Origin: a virus
Taxonomy: Duplodnaviria; Heunggongvirae; Uroviricota; Caudoviricetes
Reading direction: 5' to 3' (one strand)
DNA length: 64,000 nucleotides
Virus record (IMG/VR): IMGVR_UViG_3300025896_000022
Shown: in pieces, positions 1-8,505 of the stretch
Layout: each line of letters begins with the position of its first letter
Position numbering within the stretch: position 1 is the stretch's first letter
Position numbers and translations under genes: made by a program
The notes under the pieces: generated by a model
What the model was told of the DNA's origin: nothing
The model's input: the letters and a program-made list of their open reading frames with translations, nothing else
Database searches by the model: none

Positions 1-459
1 AATTAAATCATCTTCTTTTTTAGTTGCTTTTTTTTTTATTTTTTTCCATCCTTCTGGATTTATATTTTTTTGCCAATTATATGTTTTTTCTCTAACAATT
101 TCTGCATTGTCAGAGTACCATTTTCTTTTTGTTGCATTTTTTTTAGTATTAATGCATTGTTTACAAATTGCAGATATTTGTTTTTGAAAACGTGTATATT
201 TATTACTACATTTAGAACAAATGTTGTAATTAAAATATTTTAGTAATAATTTTCTTGTACTAAATCCTGTTTTTTTATTATTAATTTTTATTTTTATTTG
301 ATTAAACTTGTCAGGTATTATGATTTTTGGTTTAATAAATATTTCTTTAGTGTATTTATTAGTTGAAGGTGAATAACGAATTCTATAATTACTTAGAACA
401 ACACCATCTTCTCTAATAGAATATTGTTCATTTGTACCTTCAATGAATTTCGATTCCAT
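1..459 (-). CDS. Partial ORF running off the left edge. It has a NUMOD4-like 'YSIREDGVVLSNYR' motif and a CxxC…CxxC cluster, so it may be a homing-endonuclease-like or zinc-finger protein.
   Basis: The reverse complement has ATG at 457-459 and reads through to position 1 with no stop (MESKFIEGTNEQYSIREDGVVLSNYRI…CSKCSNKY…CKQC…). The ORF track omits it because it is incomplete. Confidence 0.3.
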   Translation of the reverse strand, partial: MESKFIEGTNEQYSIREDGVVLSNYRIRYSPSTNKYTKEIFIKPKIIIPDKFNQIKIKINNKKTGFSTRKLLLKYFNYNICSKCSNKYTRFQKQISAICKQCINTKKNATKRKWYSDNAEIVREKTYNWQKNINPEGWKKIKKKATKKEDDLI

Positions 460-461
460 TA

Positions 462-767
462 TTATTCAAATAACACTGCAGGTGCTCCTACATTATACAT
501 TAACATTAAATAGAATCTGATACAATGGATATTTATATCATCAGCTCTACCAAATGATTCACTTAGATTATTATCTACCATTGCTTGAACAAAGCTGCCA
601 CCTGGGTAACCTACTTTCCATTTAGTACATAATATACTTGTACCAATTTGAATAATATGATTTTTTTCAATGTGCATCATTGTGTATGGAAGATATTGTA
701 TTCCATATTTGTCAAAATAGTCAGAAACCAATGCTCTAACTATTTCTTGTTGTTGTTCTGAATTCAT
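462..767 (-). CDS. hypothetical protein
   Basis: 101-aa ORF, tightly packed with its neighbours on the same strand. Confidence 0.4.
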   Translation of the reverse strand: MNSEQQQEIVRALVSDYFDKYGIQYLPYTMMHIEKNHIIQIGTSILCTKWKVGYPGGSFVQAMVDNNLSESFGRADDINIHCIRFYLMLMYNVGAPAVLFE

Positions 768-1087
768 ATAATTTTTTTTAAATTTTTAAGATTTTCAAGT
801 TCAATTGCATGGTGTTTTTCTTCTTCAGTTTCTTCAGGAAGTAAATGTTCAAGTATTTCTGGATAAGGATATTGCCAACTATCTTCACCATGAAAACAGT
901 CTTTATTTTTAAATTTAACTGAACATGCTTTTTCATAACTACCAGTAATTGTACCAACAACACCAATATATTTAGTCATAGTACTTTCAACAAATGCAGG
1001 AAATCCATCAAATTTAAAACCTCTGACTTTTAATCCTACAAGATCTGCATGAAACTTGTCTTTTGTATCTTCAATTACAAAACTCAT
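764..1087 (-). CDS. hypothetical protein
   Basis: 107-aa ORF overlapping the next ORF by 4 nt, which suggests translational coupling. Confidence 0.4.
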   Translation of the reverse strand: MSFVIEDTKDKFHADLVGLKVRGFKFDGFPAFVESTMTKYIGVVGTITGSYEKACSVKFKNKDCFHGEDSWQYPYPEILEHLLPEETEEEKHHAIELENLKNLKKII

Positions 1088-1206
1088 ATTTATTTTCTAT
1101 TTGTTAAATTTATCTACTAAATAGTCTATTACAACACCTGCTAATGTTAAGAATCCAAGTATTGCTAAAAATATTACTATAAATACTATTACATTTTCCA
1201 TAACTT

Positions 1207-1446
1207 TTAGTCTTTTTGGTAATCAAGTACAATATCTATAATCTCATCATATATAGAATTACTGATAAGTTCAATAATTTCTATGTCTCCAGCTTTTACT
1301 GATTCTAATTCGAATTCAGCATTACTTCCTGGAGTACCAGTCATATTATCATCATAACGTTCTTCCTTTTCTTCTGGATGATAAGTTCCACTTACTGTTA
1401 AAAGAACTCTTTCAACAGCAATAGTTTGTTCAATTTTTTTACTCAT
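1207..1446 (-). CDS. hypothetical acidic protein
   Basis: 79-aa ORF. Confidence 0.35.
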   Translation of the reverse strand: MSKKIEQTIAVERVLLTVSGTYHPEEKEERYDDNMTGTPGSNAEFELESVKAGDIEIIELISNSIYDEIIDIVLDYQKD

Positions 1447-1774
1447 TACTTTTTACAATTGATATTAACTTAATTAAACATTCAAGTTCTGCTTCTTCGT
1501 AGGTTTTGAAATTGCCTTTTGAAATATTTGATTGATGTAAACCATTTATATGGTATGTAGATATATTTCCACCATAACTATACTCTGTCATTATACAAGA
1601 GAATATTTTATACTTCTCTCTAAACCATCTGAAAGCTATTGCATTATAACCACTTCTTTCAACAGAATCAATTGGTTGAGCATCTAATATTATAGGTGTA
1701 AAACCACTACCAAAACCTTTTTCTTTTAACCATTCAAAGAATCCTAAAGATTCTAATTCATTATATATTTTCAT
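1439..1774 (-). CDS. hypothetical protein. Its N-terminal 'ELESLGF' motif recurs in ORF 2467..2790.
   Basis: 111-aa ORF. The 'YNELESLGFFEW' segment resembles 'YEQALALKELGFDE' in the 2467..2790 product. Confidence 0.4.
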   Translation of the reverse strand: MKIYNELESLGFFEWLKEKGFGSGFTPIILDAQPIDSVERSGYNAIAFRWFREKYKIFSCIMTEYSYGGNISTYHINGLHQSNISKGNFKTYEEAELECLIKLISIVKSNE

Positions 1775-2549
1775 TTGTTATGTATTTAAAAGTGAATCCA
1801 CCACATTGTTTTTGTTTTTCTTTACAGCATCTAATAATGCCTGATTTACTTATGTTAAGTTGTTTTGATGCAGTACAAATTGAATCAAATTCTTGTATAA
1901 ATGTGTTATCTAAATTATATTGTTGAATAGGTTTACCTATTTGCCCTACATGACCAAAATGAGATTGTAGTTTGTCATAACTCCATAAGTATCCTCCAGC
2001 AGATTTAGAAAAACCTCTTTTTTTAATAGAATGTCCAATAGATGATGAATGTATTCCTGTCTGTCTTTCTGCTTCTCTCAATGATATATATTCTTGTAAA
2101 AATACACCGTCTTTTGAGTATTGATAAACTTTTTTCATAGTAGATTGACAAGTTTTAGTAGTACCTTTAGTTTTACTACCAATTAATTTTTTTGTTTCAT
2201 CACTTAATGTACCTGATTTATCTAAAGTTGTTGTCATCTTGCAATTAAGTCCAGATTTACTAAGTACGTTATAGTATTCTTGCCAGTATCTTTCTCTTTC
2301 ATTTAACAAACTTTCTTTACATTCTTCAACTATAATGAAGTCATGTAGGTCAATACCATACTTATTAAATGAAGCTTTTAATCTAACTTGAGATGAACCT
2401 CCTTTAGGTTCAAAATAAGTTAATATTCTTCTTCTAATATCATTAGATTGACCTATATAAACTCTGTTATTTGGACTTGTTATTTTGTAGATTCCACAAA
2501 TCTTTACATCCTTTCTCAATTTTTCTAATTCTTTCTTCATGAGTATCAC
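1761..2549 (-). CDS. GIY-YIG family homing endonuclease
   Basis: The N-terminus 'GIYKITSPNNRVYIGQSNDIRRRILTYF' is a canonical GIY…YIG…R motif. The 262-aa size with a basic DNA-binding tail fits freestanding Seg/I-TevI-like enzymes. It overlaps the upstream ORF by 83 nt. Confidence 0.7.
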   Translation of the reverse strand: MILMKKELEKLRKDVKICGIYKITSPNNRVYIGQSNDIRRRILTYFEPKGGSSQVRLKASFNKYGIDLHDFIIVEECKESLLNERERYWQEYYNVLSKSGLNCKMTTTLDKSGTLSDETKKLIGSKTKGTTKTCQSTMKKVYQYSKDGVFLQEYISLREAERQTGIHSSSIGHSIKKRGFSKSAGGYLWSYDKLQSHFGHVGQIGKPIQQYNLDNTFIQEFDSICTASKQLNISKSGIIRCCKEKQKQCGGFTFKYITNENI

Positions 2550-2790
2550 TACCTTTTAATTCTATATCTATTTGTTTATTACTACAAATATACAAAAAAT
2601 TTATTGCTTGTTGGTACAGTGGTGAAGTACAAACTATATCATTCAAATCTTCATTTCTCCTACCCATATTTGGTCTTAGTACAAGATGTTTTTTATCTCC
2701 AGTATAATAACCAAAACAAGGTTCATCAAATCCTAATTCTTTTAAAGCTAATGCTTGTTCATATGAAATGAACTCATTTTCTATTTTCAT
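2467..2790 (-). CDS. hypothetical protein
   Basis: 107-aa ORF whose 3' end is overlapped by the GIY-YIG gene. Confidence 0.35.
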   Translation of the reverse strand: MKIENEFISYEQALALKELGFDEPCFGYYTGDKKHLVLRPNMGRRNEDLNDIVCTSPLYQQAINFLYICSNKQIDIELKGSDTHEERIRKIEKGCKDLWNLQNNKSK

Positions 2791-2792
2791 AA

Positions 2793-3173
2793 TTAATCTC
2801 TGTGAAATTCAATTAAATATCCATCTGCAATAAGAATTCTAAGACAAGTATCATCATCAAATAATTGTAATGTAATCTTTGTTCCATCTTGATCAACGCA
2901 ATCAATTACTTGATAACCCTGTCCACTTGATGTTTTACCATCTACTTCTCCAGAAATTTGATGCATTGTTCTATTTTTGCCACTTGTATAATACAATACA
3001 ATATCTCGTAAATGATTTGCATTAAATACAACTGTAACTTCTGAATAAACCCATGGTTGTAATACACCTTTTTCTTTAGTAACAAAAGATGTATATTTTT
3101 TGACAAATGTGTCTTGTGCAAATGTTGTCATGCTCAATATAAATAGTAGAGCTACTAATAGTAGTTTTTTCAT
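2793..3173 (-). CDS. secreted protein with an N-terminal signal peptide
   Basis: MKKLLLVALLFILSMTTFAQ is a signal peptide with an AQ↓D-like cleavage site. Confidence 0.45.
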   Translation of the reverse strand: MKKLLLVALLFILSMTTFAQDTFVKKYTSFVTKEKGVLQPWVYSEVTVVFNANHLRDIVLYYTSGKNRTMHQISGEVDGKTSSGQGYQVIDCVDQDGTKITLQLFDDDTCLRILIADGYLIEFHRD

Positions 3174-3176
3174 AAT

Positions 3177-3425
3177 TTATTGAATATTTTCTTCATAATT
3201 TGTTTGATTCTTTCCAGATCCAGATGTTTGAGTTGTAATTGTTTCACCTCTTGATGTAAAATAGTGGTATTTTGCATTGTCTTCAAAACGATACATTTTT
3301 ATACCATCTTTTTCAAATAAAAAGTCTACTTCAACTTGATTACCTTCAGTACTTGAAGATACTGCTACTTTTTTACAACTTGTCATACCTAATAGTATTA
3401 TTACTATTAATAATAGTTTTTTCAT
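3177..3425 (-). CDS. small lipoprotein
   Basis: MKKLLLIVIILLGMTSCKK is a signal peptide with a lipobox-like LGMTSC. Confidence 0.45.
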   Translation of the reverse strand: MKKLLLIVIILLGMTSCKKVAVSSSTEGNQVEVDFLFEKDGIKMYRFEDNAKYHYFTSRGETITTQTSGSGKNQTNYEENIQ

Positions 3426-3450
3426 TTTAATAAAATTTTTGATTAGTTTA

Positions 3451-3762
3451 TTAGCACCTATGATAATGTTGAATGTTTTCTTTTCTAGTTAACCATTCTA
3501 GATTAATATAGTCGTTATTAGATTTTACTTTATCAATATGATTGACAGTTTCTTTATTGTAAGGATTTGCAACAAAATACTTTGCTACTAATCTATGTAT
3601 TTTTACTTTAGTAACTTTACCATTTGTAGAAATATTACAATAATTATATCCTCTTGCGTTGACATTTTGTTTAAGAATTTGCTTTTTACTATTCTTAAAC
3701 CTTCCTAAACTTGAAATAAAGTAATTAGGGTTCTCTATAAGTTGTTTCCATTGTTCTTTCAT
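3451..3762 (-). CDS. HNH homing endonuclease (NUMOD4 + HNH_3-like)
   Basis: 'NYFISSLGRFKN' is a NUMOD4-like motif. 'HRLVAKYFV…NHIDKVKSNNDYINLEWLTRKEN' is an HNH motif. Confidence 0.7.
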   Translation of the reverse strand: MKEQWKQLIENPNYFISSLGRFKNSKKQILKQNVNARGYNYCNISTNGKVTKVKIHRLVAKYFVANPYNKETVNHIDKVKSNNDYINLEWLTRKENIQHYHRC

Positions 3763-3790
3763 TTACCAAAGATATTAAATTAGCACTCAA

Positions 3791-3818
3791 CTACCAAATT
3801 ATATTTCAAATTTGGTAG
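3791..3818. promoter_or_regulatory. Perfect 10-bp inverted repeat (CTACCAAATT-8 nt-AATTTGGTAG) at the start of a ~520-nt ORF-poor non-coding region
   Basis: Read directly from the sequence. It lies about 30 nt upstream of the HNH gene start on the minus strand. Confidence 0.4.
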
Positions 3819-4433
3819 AAGAATACTAAAAAGCTGCACCCTCTTTTTTACAATTAATATTCAAGCAAGGTTTAAAGCCTTGTGTAAAAGAGTAGGGTCA
3901 CGTAGTTAATATGACGTTTGTTGATTACTACCAATTAAAGTGTAACACAACGGTTCTTTAACTACTTGCTGAGAATCATTACGTGAGTAGTATATCAATT
4001 TAATACTCTTAATATTTATTGCTTTCTCAAGGCAACTCACGTTCATACATTTCTGTATGTATCTTTATGTAAATAACAACTTCATAGATGCTACGTTAAC
4101 TGTAGAGAAGTTTAATCATCATTTTTATTTACAAAGCATCAATGTTTAGGCTATTTTTTACCAACCTTGGTCTTTCAGGGTTACTGGTTTGCTGACTTTA
4201 CTATTAACCCTTTTTCAAACCATCAACCTAACAGCGAGCATTGGTAATTTTTTAAAGAATAGTTTTTTCTATGTTTTTCAACTCATATTTTTGAATTGAT
4301 TGCAACACAAAAGTTTTCTTTCTTTCTTTGTCACATAGTCTTGCTGCTTCTGCTTCAGCTTCTTCTAAAGTTTCCCATTTCTTAGATGGCGAATTCATAC
4401 CTTCTACATGAACCATATAAAACTTTTCCATAA

Positions 4434-5282
4434 TTATCTATTTAATAAAATATTAGAACTTGAACCAAAAACATTATTAGAACCATAAGGAGATACACCT
4501 CTATTTGCCCATACTCTTTCTGTTTCTGCTTTATATAATTCTAGTAACTTAGGTTGAGATAATATTTCTTTTGTCTTAGCATCAAATATTGCTGCTTCAT
4601 AATTACCTTTTGCTAATGCAACTTTTTTCAATGCAGTTTGTTCAGCTTGTTTAGTTTGAGATATAATAGTTGCTGTTTCTTGTAGTACTGCAATCTTTCT
4701 TTCAATAGCTGCTTTATATGATTTAGGTAATTGCATTTTAAGAATTGCAATATTATTTAATGTAAATCCTTCTTTTTCTAATGCTATTGTTAAAGTTTTA
4801 CTTACTTCTGATTCGTATATGTTTCTATGTTGTAACAAACTATCTGATGCAAATCCTACAGCATTATCTAATAACTCTTTTCTGACAATAGTTCTAACTC
4901 TTGAATTAATTAAATCTTCCATATCAACTCTATATTTTATAAATAAATCAGCTGCTCTTGCTCTTTGCAACTGTAAGTTAATAGATACATCTAATCCAAA
5001 TGTAGCTCCATCTGCAGATGTTACATCAATATGTTCATCTGTTGGAGAATCTTCACTATCATCTGCTGTCCAAACTTTATGTTGAACTGATGTTGGATAC
5101 ATAAATACATCCTGTGTTGGTGGGAAATAAAAGATAAATCCACTTGCCATTTCAATATTTGGAACACCTTTATCATTTCCAATTTGATCTACTACTAATG
5201 CAACTTCACTTGAATCAGCTGTTGTACATGATGTTACAATCATTGATAAAACTACTCCTAATAACCATAATGATTTTTTCAT
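4434..5282 (-). CDS. SPFH/band-7 (prohibitin/HflC-like) domain lipoprotein
   Basis: It has a signal peptide plus lipobox (VLSMIVTSC). The C-terminal half has an SPFH-like pattern (…EKEGFTLNNIAILKMQLPKSYKAAIERKIAVLQE…QAEQTALKKVALAKGNYEAA…). Confidence 0.5.
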   Translation of the reverse strand: MKKSLWLLGVVLSMIVTSCTTADSSEVALVVDQIGNDKGVPNIEMASGFIFYFPPTQDVFMYPTSVQHKVWTADDSEDSPTDEHIDVTSADGATFGLDVSINLQLQRARAADLFIKYRVDMEDLINSRVRTIVRKELLDNAVGFASDSLLQHRNIYESEVSKTLTIALEKEGFTLNNIAILKMQLPKSYKAAIERKIAVLQETATIISQTKQAEQTALKKVALAKGNYEAAIFDAKTKEILSQPKLLELYKAETERVWANRGVSPYGSNNVFGSSSNILLNR

Positions 5283-5285
5283 AAT

Positions 5286-5519
5286 CTAATTTTTGTTTAA
5301 TTTGTTTTTAATAATTTTTATTATTTGTTTAAATATCAACATATTCCAAAAAGATGCTGAAAAAATTGTCAAAAGTAGTGATGCTAAACCCATCACAAAG
5401 GCAAATGTAGATGGTTTACTCATTAAATGCAAACTTAACACAACCATTCCTATTGTAGAAATGGCTATGATAAATAAGCAAACTAATAGTAACCAAATAT
5501 TGTTTAATAATTTAGTCAT
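5286..5519 (-). CDS. small integral membrane protein with two predicted TM helices. It may be an NfeD/YqiJ-like partner of the SPFH protein.
   Basis: 77 aa and strongly hydrophobic. It is immediately downstream of the SPFH gene, separated from it by 4 nt. Confidence 0.4.
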   Translation of the reverse strand: MTKLLNNIWLLLVCLFIIAISTIGMVVLSLHLMSKPSTFAFVMGLASLLLTIFSASFWNMLIFKQIIKIIKNKLNKN

Positions 5520-7372
5520 TATATGATCATTTTTTCTTTGATTAATTTATCTACTTTTTTAGATACATATGAAATCATATCATTTGGTAGATTTTCTATG
5601 TTTGTCATTTTAATAAAATAATCAAACATCTCTTCTGAAGGTACTTCTTCATCAATTGCAATTTGAATTACTTGAAATCCTAATGCTTGTGCCATAGTAA
5701 CCTTTTTTCTGGTGTCATTGATAGCAGCTTGACCATTATATCCACTTGCTGCTGGTTGACCATCAGAAATAACAAATAATAATCCTGGATCAGGTGTTTT
5801 ATTTCTAACACGTTTAGCAACAGCATAAATTGCATCGCCATCTCTATTGTAACTTCTTGCTCTTGCAGAACCTAATGCATATGGATCCATGTTTGTTCCT
5901 GGTTCACGATAAATTCTAATAGTACAATCTTGACTTTTTTCATCTGCAGTATGACCATAAATATACAATTGAACATCAGGTTGCTTTTTAAATACTTCAT
6001 TGATGAAAATTGCTGCTTGACGTGCTTTTGGCATTCTTTCACCACAACCCATAGAACCTGATTCATCAATCAATACAGTTATATTAACTTTATTAGTTGT
6101 TACTTGACCAAATCTTTCATAAATAGTTGGCACTCTTTGAATTGCTTCTGCAAGTTTATTAGTATCTAGTCTACCTGAACGCATGGATTTCATAGAAAAC
6201 TGATAATCTTTTGCTTTACGTGAAAATAACTTAGCAAGAACTTGAGCTTTTGTACTATTAATTTTTGTTAAATCTTTTAGATATTTGTTTTTATCAGTTT
6301 CAGATTTTACAAAATAAACTTTACCATCAAATGATTCACCAGTTTTACTAAAATTATGACTTGAAGCCATTGCTCTTTTTTCTTTCATGTCGTCAGTAAA
6401 ATCATCAAAATCATCTTGAAAATCATCTGAATTATCACCATCAGGTGCATTCATCATTCCTTCCATCATTTTTGATGCTAAATCATTCATGTCAGATTTA
6501 CTTGGTTTAGGTGCTTTTCCACCAGAACCTTCATCTTCATTTTCTTCTTTACCTTCGCCTTCACCATCACCTTTTTCTTCTTCTTTCTTTTCTTCTGCAA
6601 CAATGAATTTATCAATTACACCAGAAAGATATTGAGCTTGTCTTTCACAATCTGCAGATGTAATTGGAAATCCATGTTTTTTCATGTAATTTTCAATCTG
6701 CGAAAGAGGTTTTGCAAACTCTTCTACTTCTTCATCAGTTACATGTGCTGGATACCTAAGAAATTTAGTAATAGTTTCAGTAAGTCTTTTTCCAGCATGT
6801 TCTTCTTCACCAAGTGGTTCATATGTTTTATCATATTTATACTGTTTAAATTTTTGAACAAACTTAGAATAACCTGGAAATCTATCTGCTAATTTTTTGT
6901 CAACTCTTTCAGTATTTAGTATTGAAAACATCAAATCTTTTACTGTTGTAGTAGTAGCACTATTTCGCGCATTCATGGTACGTGAGTATTCGCTTCTTGT
7001 TTGCAAGGTTGCAAGAGCTGCATTTTGAATTGCAGCACCATAAAACGCATCTAAAAGCTCTACATCATGATTCATATATTCACCATCTTCTGAACGTAAC
7101 ATGTTCAAAGGAACTGGAATAGTTGTTTTATCACTTACTGCTCTAAGTTTATTTGAATGATCAAATTTTATATCTTTTGGAACACCAATTACTCTAAACA
7201 TAGAACCAATCATTTTGGCTGCGGATCTTAAGTTTTGATTATCTCTTACAAAATAAGAAGAGTAACCTGTTCTACCAGAATCCCAATCAAACAACTTTTT
7301 ACTTGGATCATAAAAAGAATAAGCATCTTCTTCTTTTCTTTTCCACCAGTCTTTTTTAAATTTTATACTCAT
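5519..7372 (-). CDS. cobT: von Willebrand factor A (vWA) domain protein, CobT-like
   Basis: The C-terminal 'VLIDESGSMGCGERMPKARQAAIFINEVF…VISDGQP' is a vWA MIDAS (DxSGS) motif. It has an acidic low-complexity linker and is 617 aa. It sits next to a MoxR/CobS-like AAA+ gene. Confidence 0.55.
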   Translation of the reverse strand: MSIKFKKDWWKRKEEDAYSFYDPSKKLFDWDSGRTGYSSYFVRDNQNLRSAAKMIGSMFRVIGVPKDIKFDHSNKLRAVSDKTTIPVPLNMLRSEDGEYMNHDVELLDAFYGAAIQNAALATLQTRSEYSRTMNARNSATTTTVKDLMFSILNTERVDKKLADRFPGYSKFVQKFKQYKYDKTYEPLGEEEHAGKRLTETITKFLRYPAHVTDEEVEEFAKPLSQIENYMKKHGFPITSADCERQAQYLSGVIDKFIVAEEKKEEEKGDGEGEGKEENEDEGSGGKAPKPSKSDMNDLASKMMEGMMNAPDGDNSDDFQDDFDDFTDDMKEKRAMASSHNFSKTGESFDGKVYFVKSETDKNKYLKDLTKINSTKAQVLAKLFSRKAKDYQFSMKSMRSGRLDTNKLAEAIQRVPTIYERFGQVTTNKVNITVLIDESGSMGCGERMPKARQAAIFINEVFKKQPDVQLYIYGHTADEKSQDCTIRIYREPGTNMDPYALGSARARSYNRDGDAIYAVAKRVRNKTPDPGLLFVISDGQPAASGYNGQAAINDTRKKVTMAQALGFQVIQIAIDEEVPSEEMFDYFIKMTNIENLPNDMISYVSKKVDKLIKEKMII

Positions 7373-7378
7373 GACTTT

Positions 7379-7600
7379 TTATTTTTTATTAAATTCTAAA
7401 ATTATTACATGTGGATTTAATTCTTTAAAAAGTTTTAATTGCTGATTAAGTGGAGAATTTTCATTTTCTAAATTTTCAACATGTAATCGAACACTTTCAA
7501 CTAAATTTCCAATTGTATCATATTTGACAATTTCTTTTTCAATACCATGTATCATGGCTTGCCACATTTGTTTACTTGGTAAACTTCGTTCTTTTTCCAT
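7379..7600 (-). CDS. hypothetical protein
   Basis: 73-aa ORF. Confidence 0.3.
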   Translation of the reverse strand: MEKERSLPSKQMWQAMIHGIEKEIVKYDTIGNLVESVRLHVENLENENSPLNQQLKLFKELNPHVIILEFNKK

Positions 7601-7757
7601 GTTCTTTTTCTATTAAACTTTTCTTTTTTGCACGAAACTCACCCCAATCATTGTTATGACGATTCCACATGTTATATACATTTTCAGGAATATCTTTAAG
7701 TGCAATTAATCCTTGTTTGAATTTTGCAACAATTGTATGTTTATAAGTTTTACCCAT
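7572..7757 (-). CDS. hypothetical basic protein
   Basis: 61-aa ORF. Confidence 0.3.
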   Translation of the reverse strand: MGKTYKHTIVAKFKQGLIALKDIPENVYNMWNRHNNDWGEFRAKKKSLIEKEHGKRTKFTK

Positions 7758-7831
7758 ATTTTTGTAATTTTATGTATGATAAATCCAACACTAACTGTTA
7801 AATTCTGTATTACGGTATGCTATATATAACA

Positions 7832-8455
7832 TTATCGTACTCTTATTTTTTGTTTTTTATTAATCGTTACTGATTGATTTTTTGAAAATGAAATTGCAAG
7901 TTTTATAACTTTTTGCAAAAGTGTTGTTTGCAAAGATTCACCATTTTCAATTAAACTTAAAGTTGAACGATTGATATTTAAATAATCACATAATTGTGAT
8001 TGAGTTAATTTGTAAGACCACCTTACACTTTTGAAAAAATGTGGTAAATCATTAAGAAAATGATCCATATTTTCCAAAAATTCAGTTTTTAATTCAAAAA
8101 ATAAAATTGATTTTGCTTCTTTCATTAGTGCAACATTGAATAAATTTTGATTTATTGCAGTAAATTCAGATATCCAAAACAACTCTTTATTTGAAAGTTG
8201 ATCTAACAAAATATCTTTTTCAAGTATTTCAACTTTTGGTGATAACTGAAGAATTCTTAGTTCTTCAACCCATTTTCTTACATGTTCATTATGCGAGTAA
8301 TGCACGTGTTTTATAGGTCTTTCAACACCAATTGTTGTTTTACCAACATAAACTCCCAAGTCATTTCTTGGATCTTTTAAAACATAAATAAGATTTGTTG
8401 TTTCCATAGTAGTATCTCTTTTTAATAAGATACTAAATAATGTTGGAAAAAACAA
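7832..8455 (-). CDS. GIY-YIG-like nuclease domain protein with a C-terminal XRE-type HTH
   Basis: The N-terminus 'IYVLKDPRNDLGVYVGKTT…R' is GIY-YIG-like. The C-terminus 'LTQSQLCDYLNINRSTLSLIENGE' is HTH_XRE-like. Confidence 0.4.
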   Translation of the reverse strand: MFFPTLFSILLKRDTTMETTNLIYVLKDPRNDLGVYVGKTTIGVERPIKHVHYSHNEHVRKWVEELRILQLSPKVEILEKDILLDQLSNKELFWISEFTAINQNLFNVALMKEAKSILFFELKTEFLENMDHFLNDLPHFFKSVRWSYKLTQSQLCDYLNINRSTLSLIENGESLQTTLLQKVIKLAISFSKNQSVTINKKQKIRVR

Positions 8456-8505
8456 ACAAAATAGCTATTAGTGAAGGATATATCATACAAGATTGCTTGA
8501 TCCTA

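Noticed and set aside
3451-4433. Group I intron containing the HNH ORF
   Set aside because: No interrupted host gene could be reconstructed across the region. The flanking ORFs have their own starts and signal peptides. It is kept only as a structured non-coding region.
4819-5085. Plus-strand ORFs inside minus-strand genes (4819..5085, 5293..5526, 6632..6892, 10401..10655, 11624..11806, 12151..12405, 14551..14934, 15105..15371, 18077..18286)
   Set aside because: These are antisense to longer, motif-bearing ORFs and are low-complexity. They were treated as shadow ORFs.
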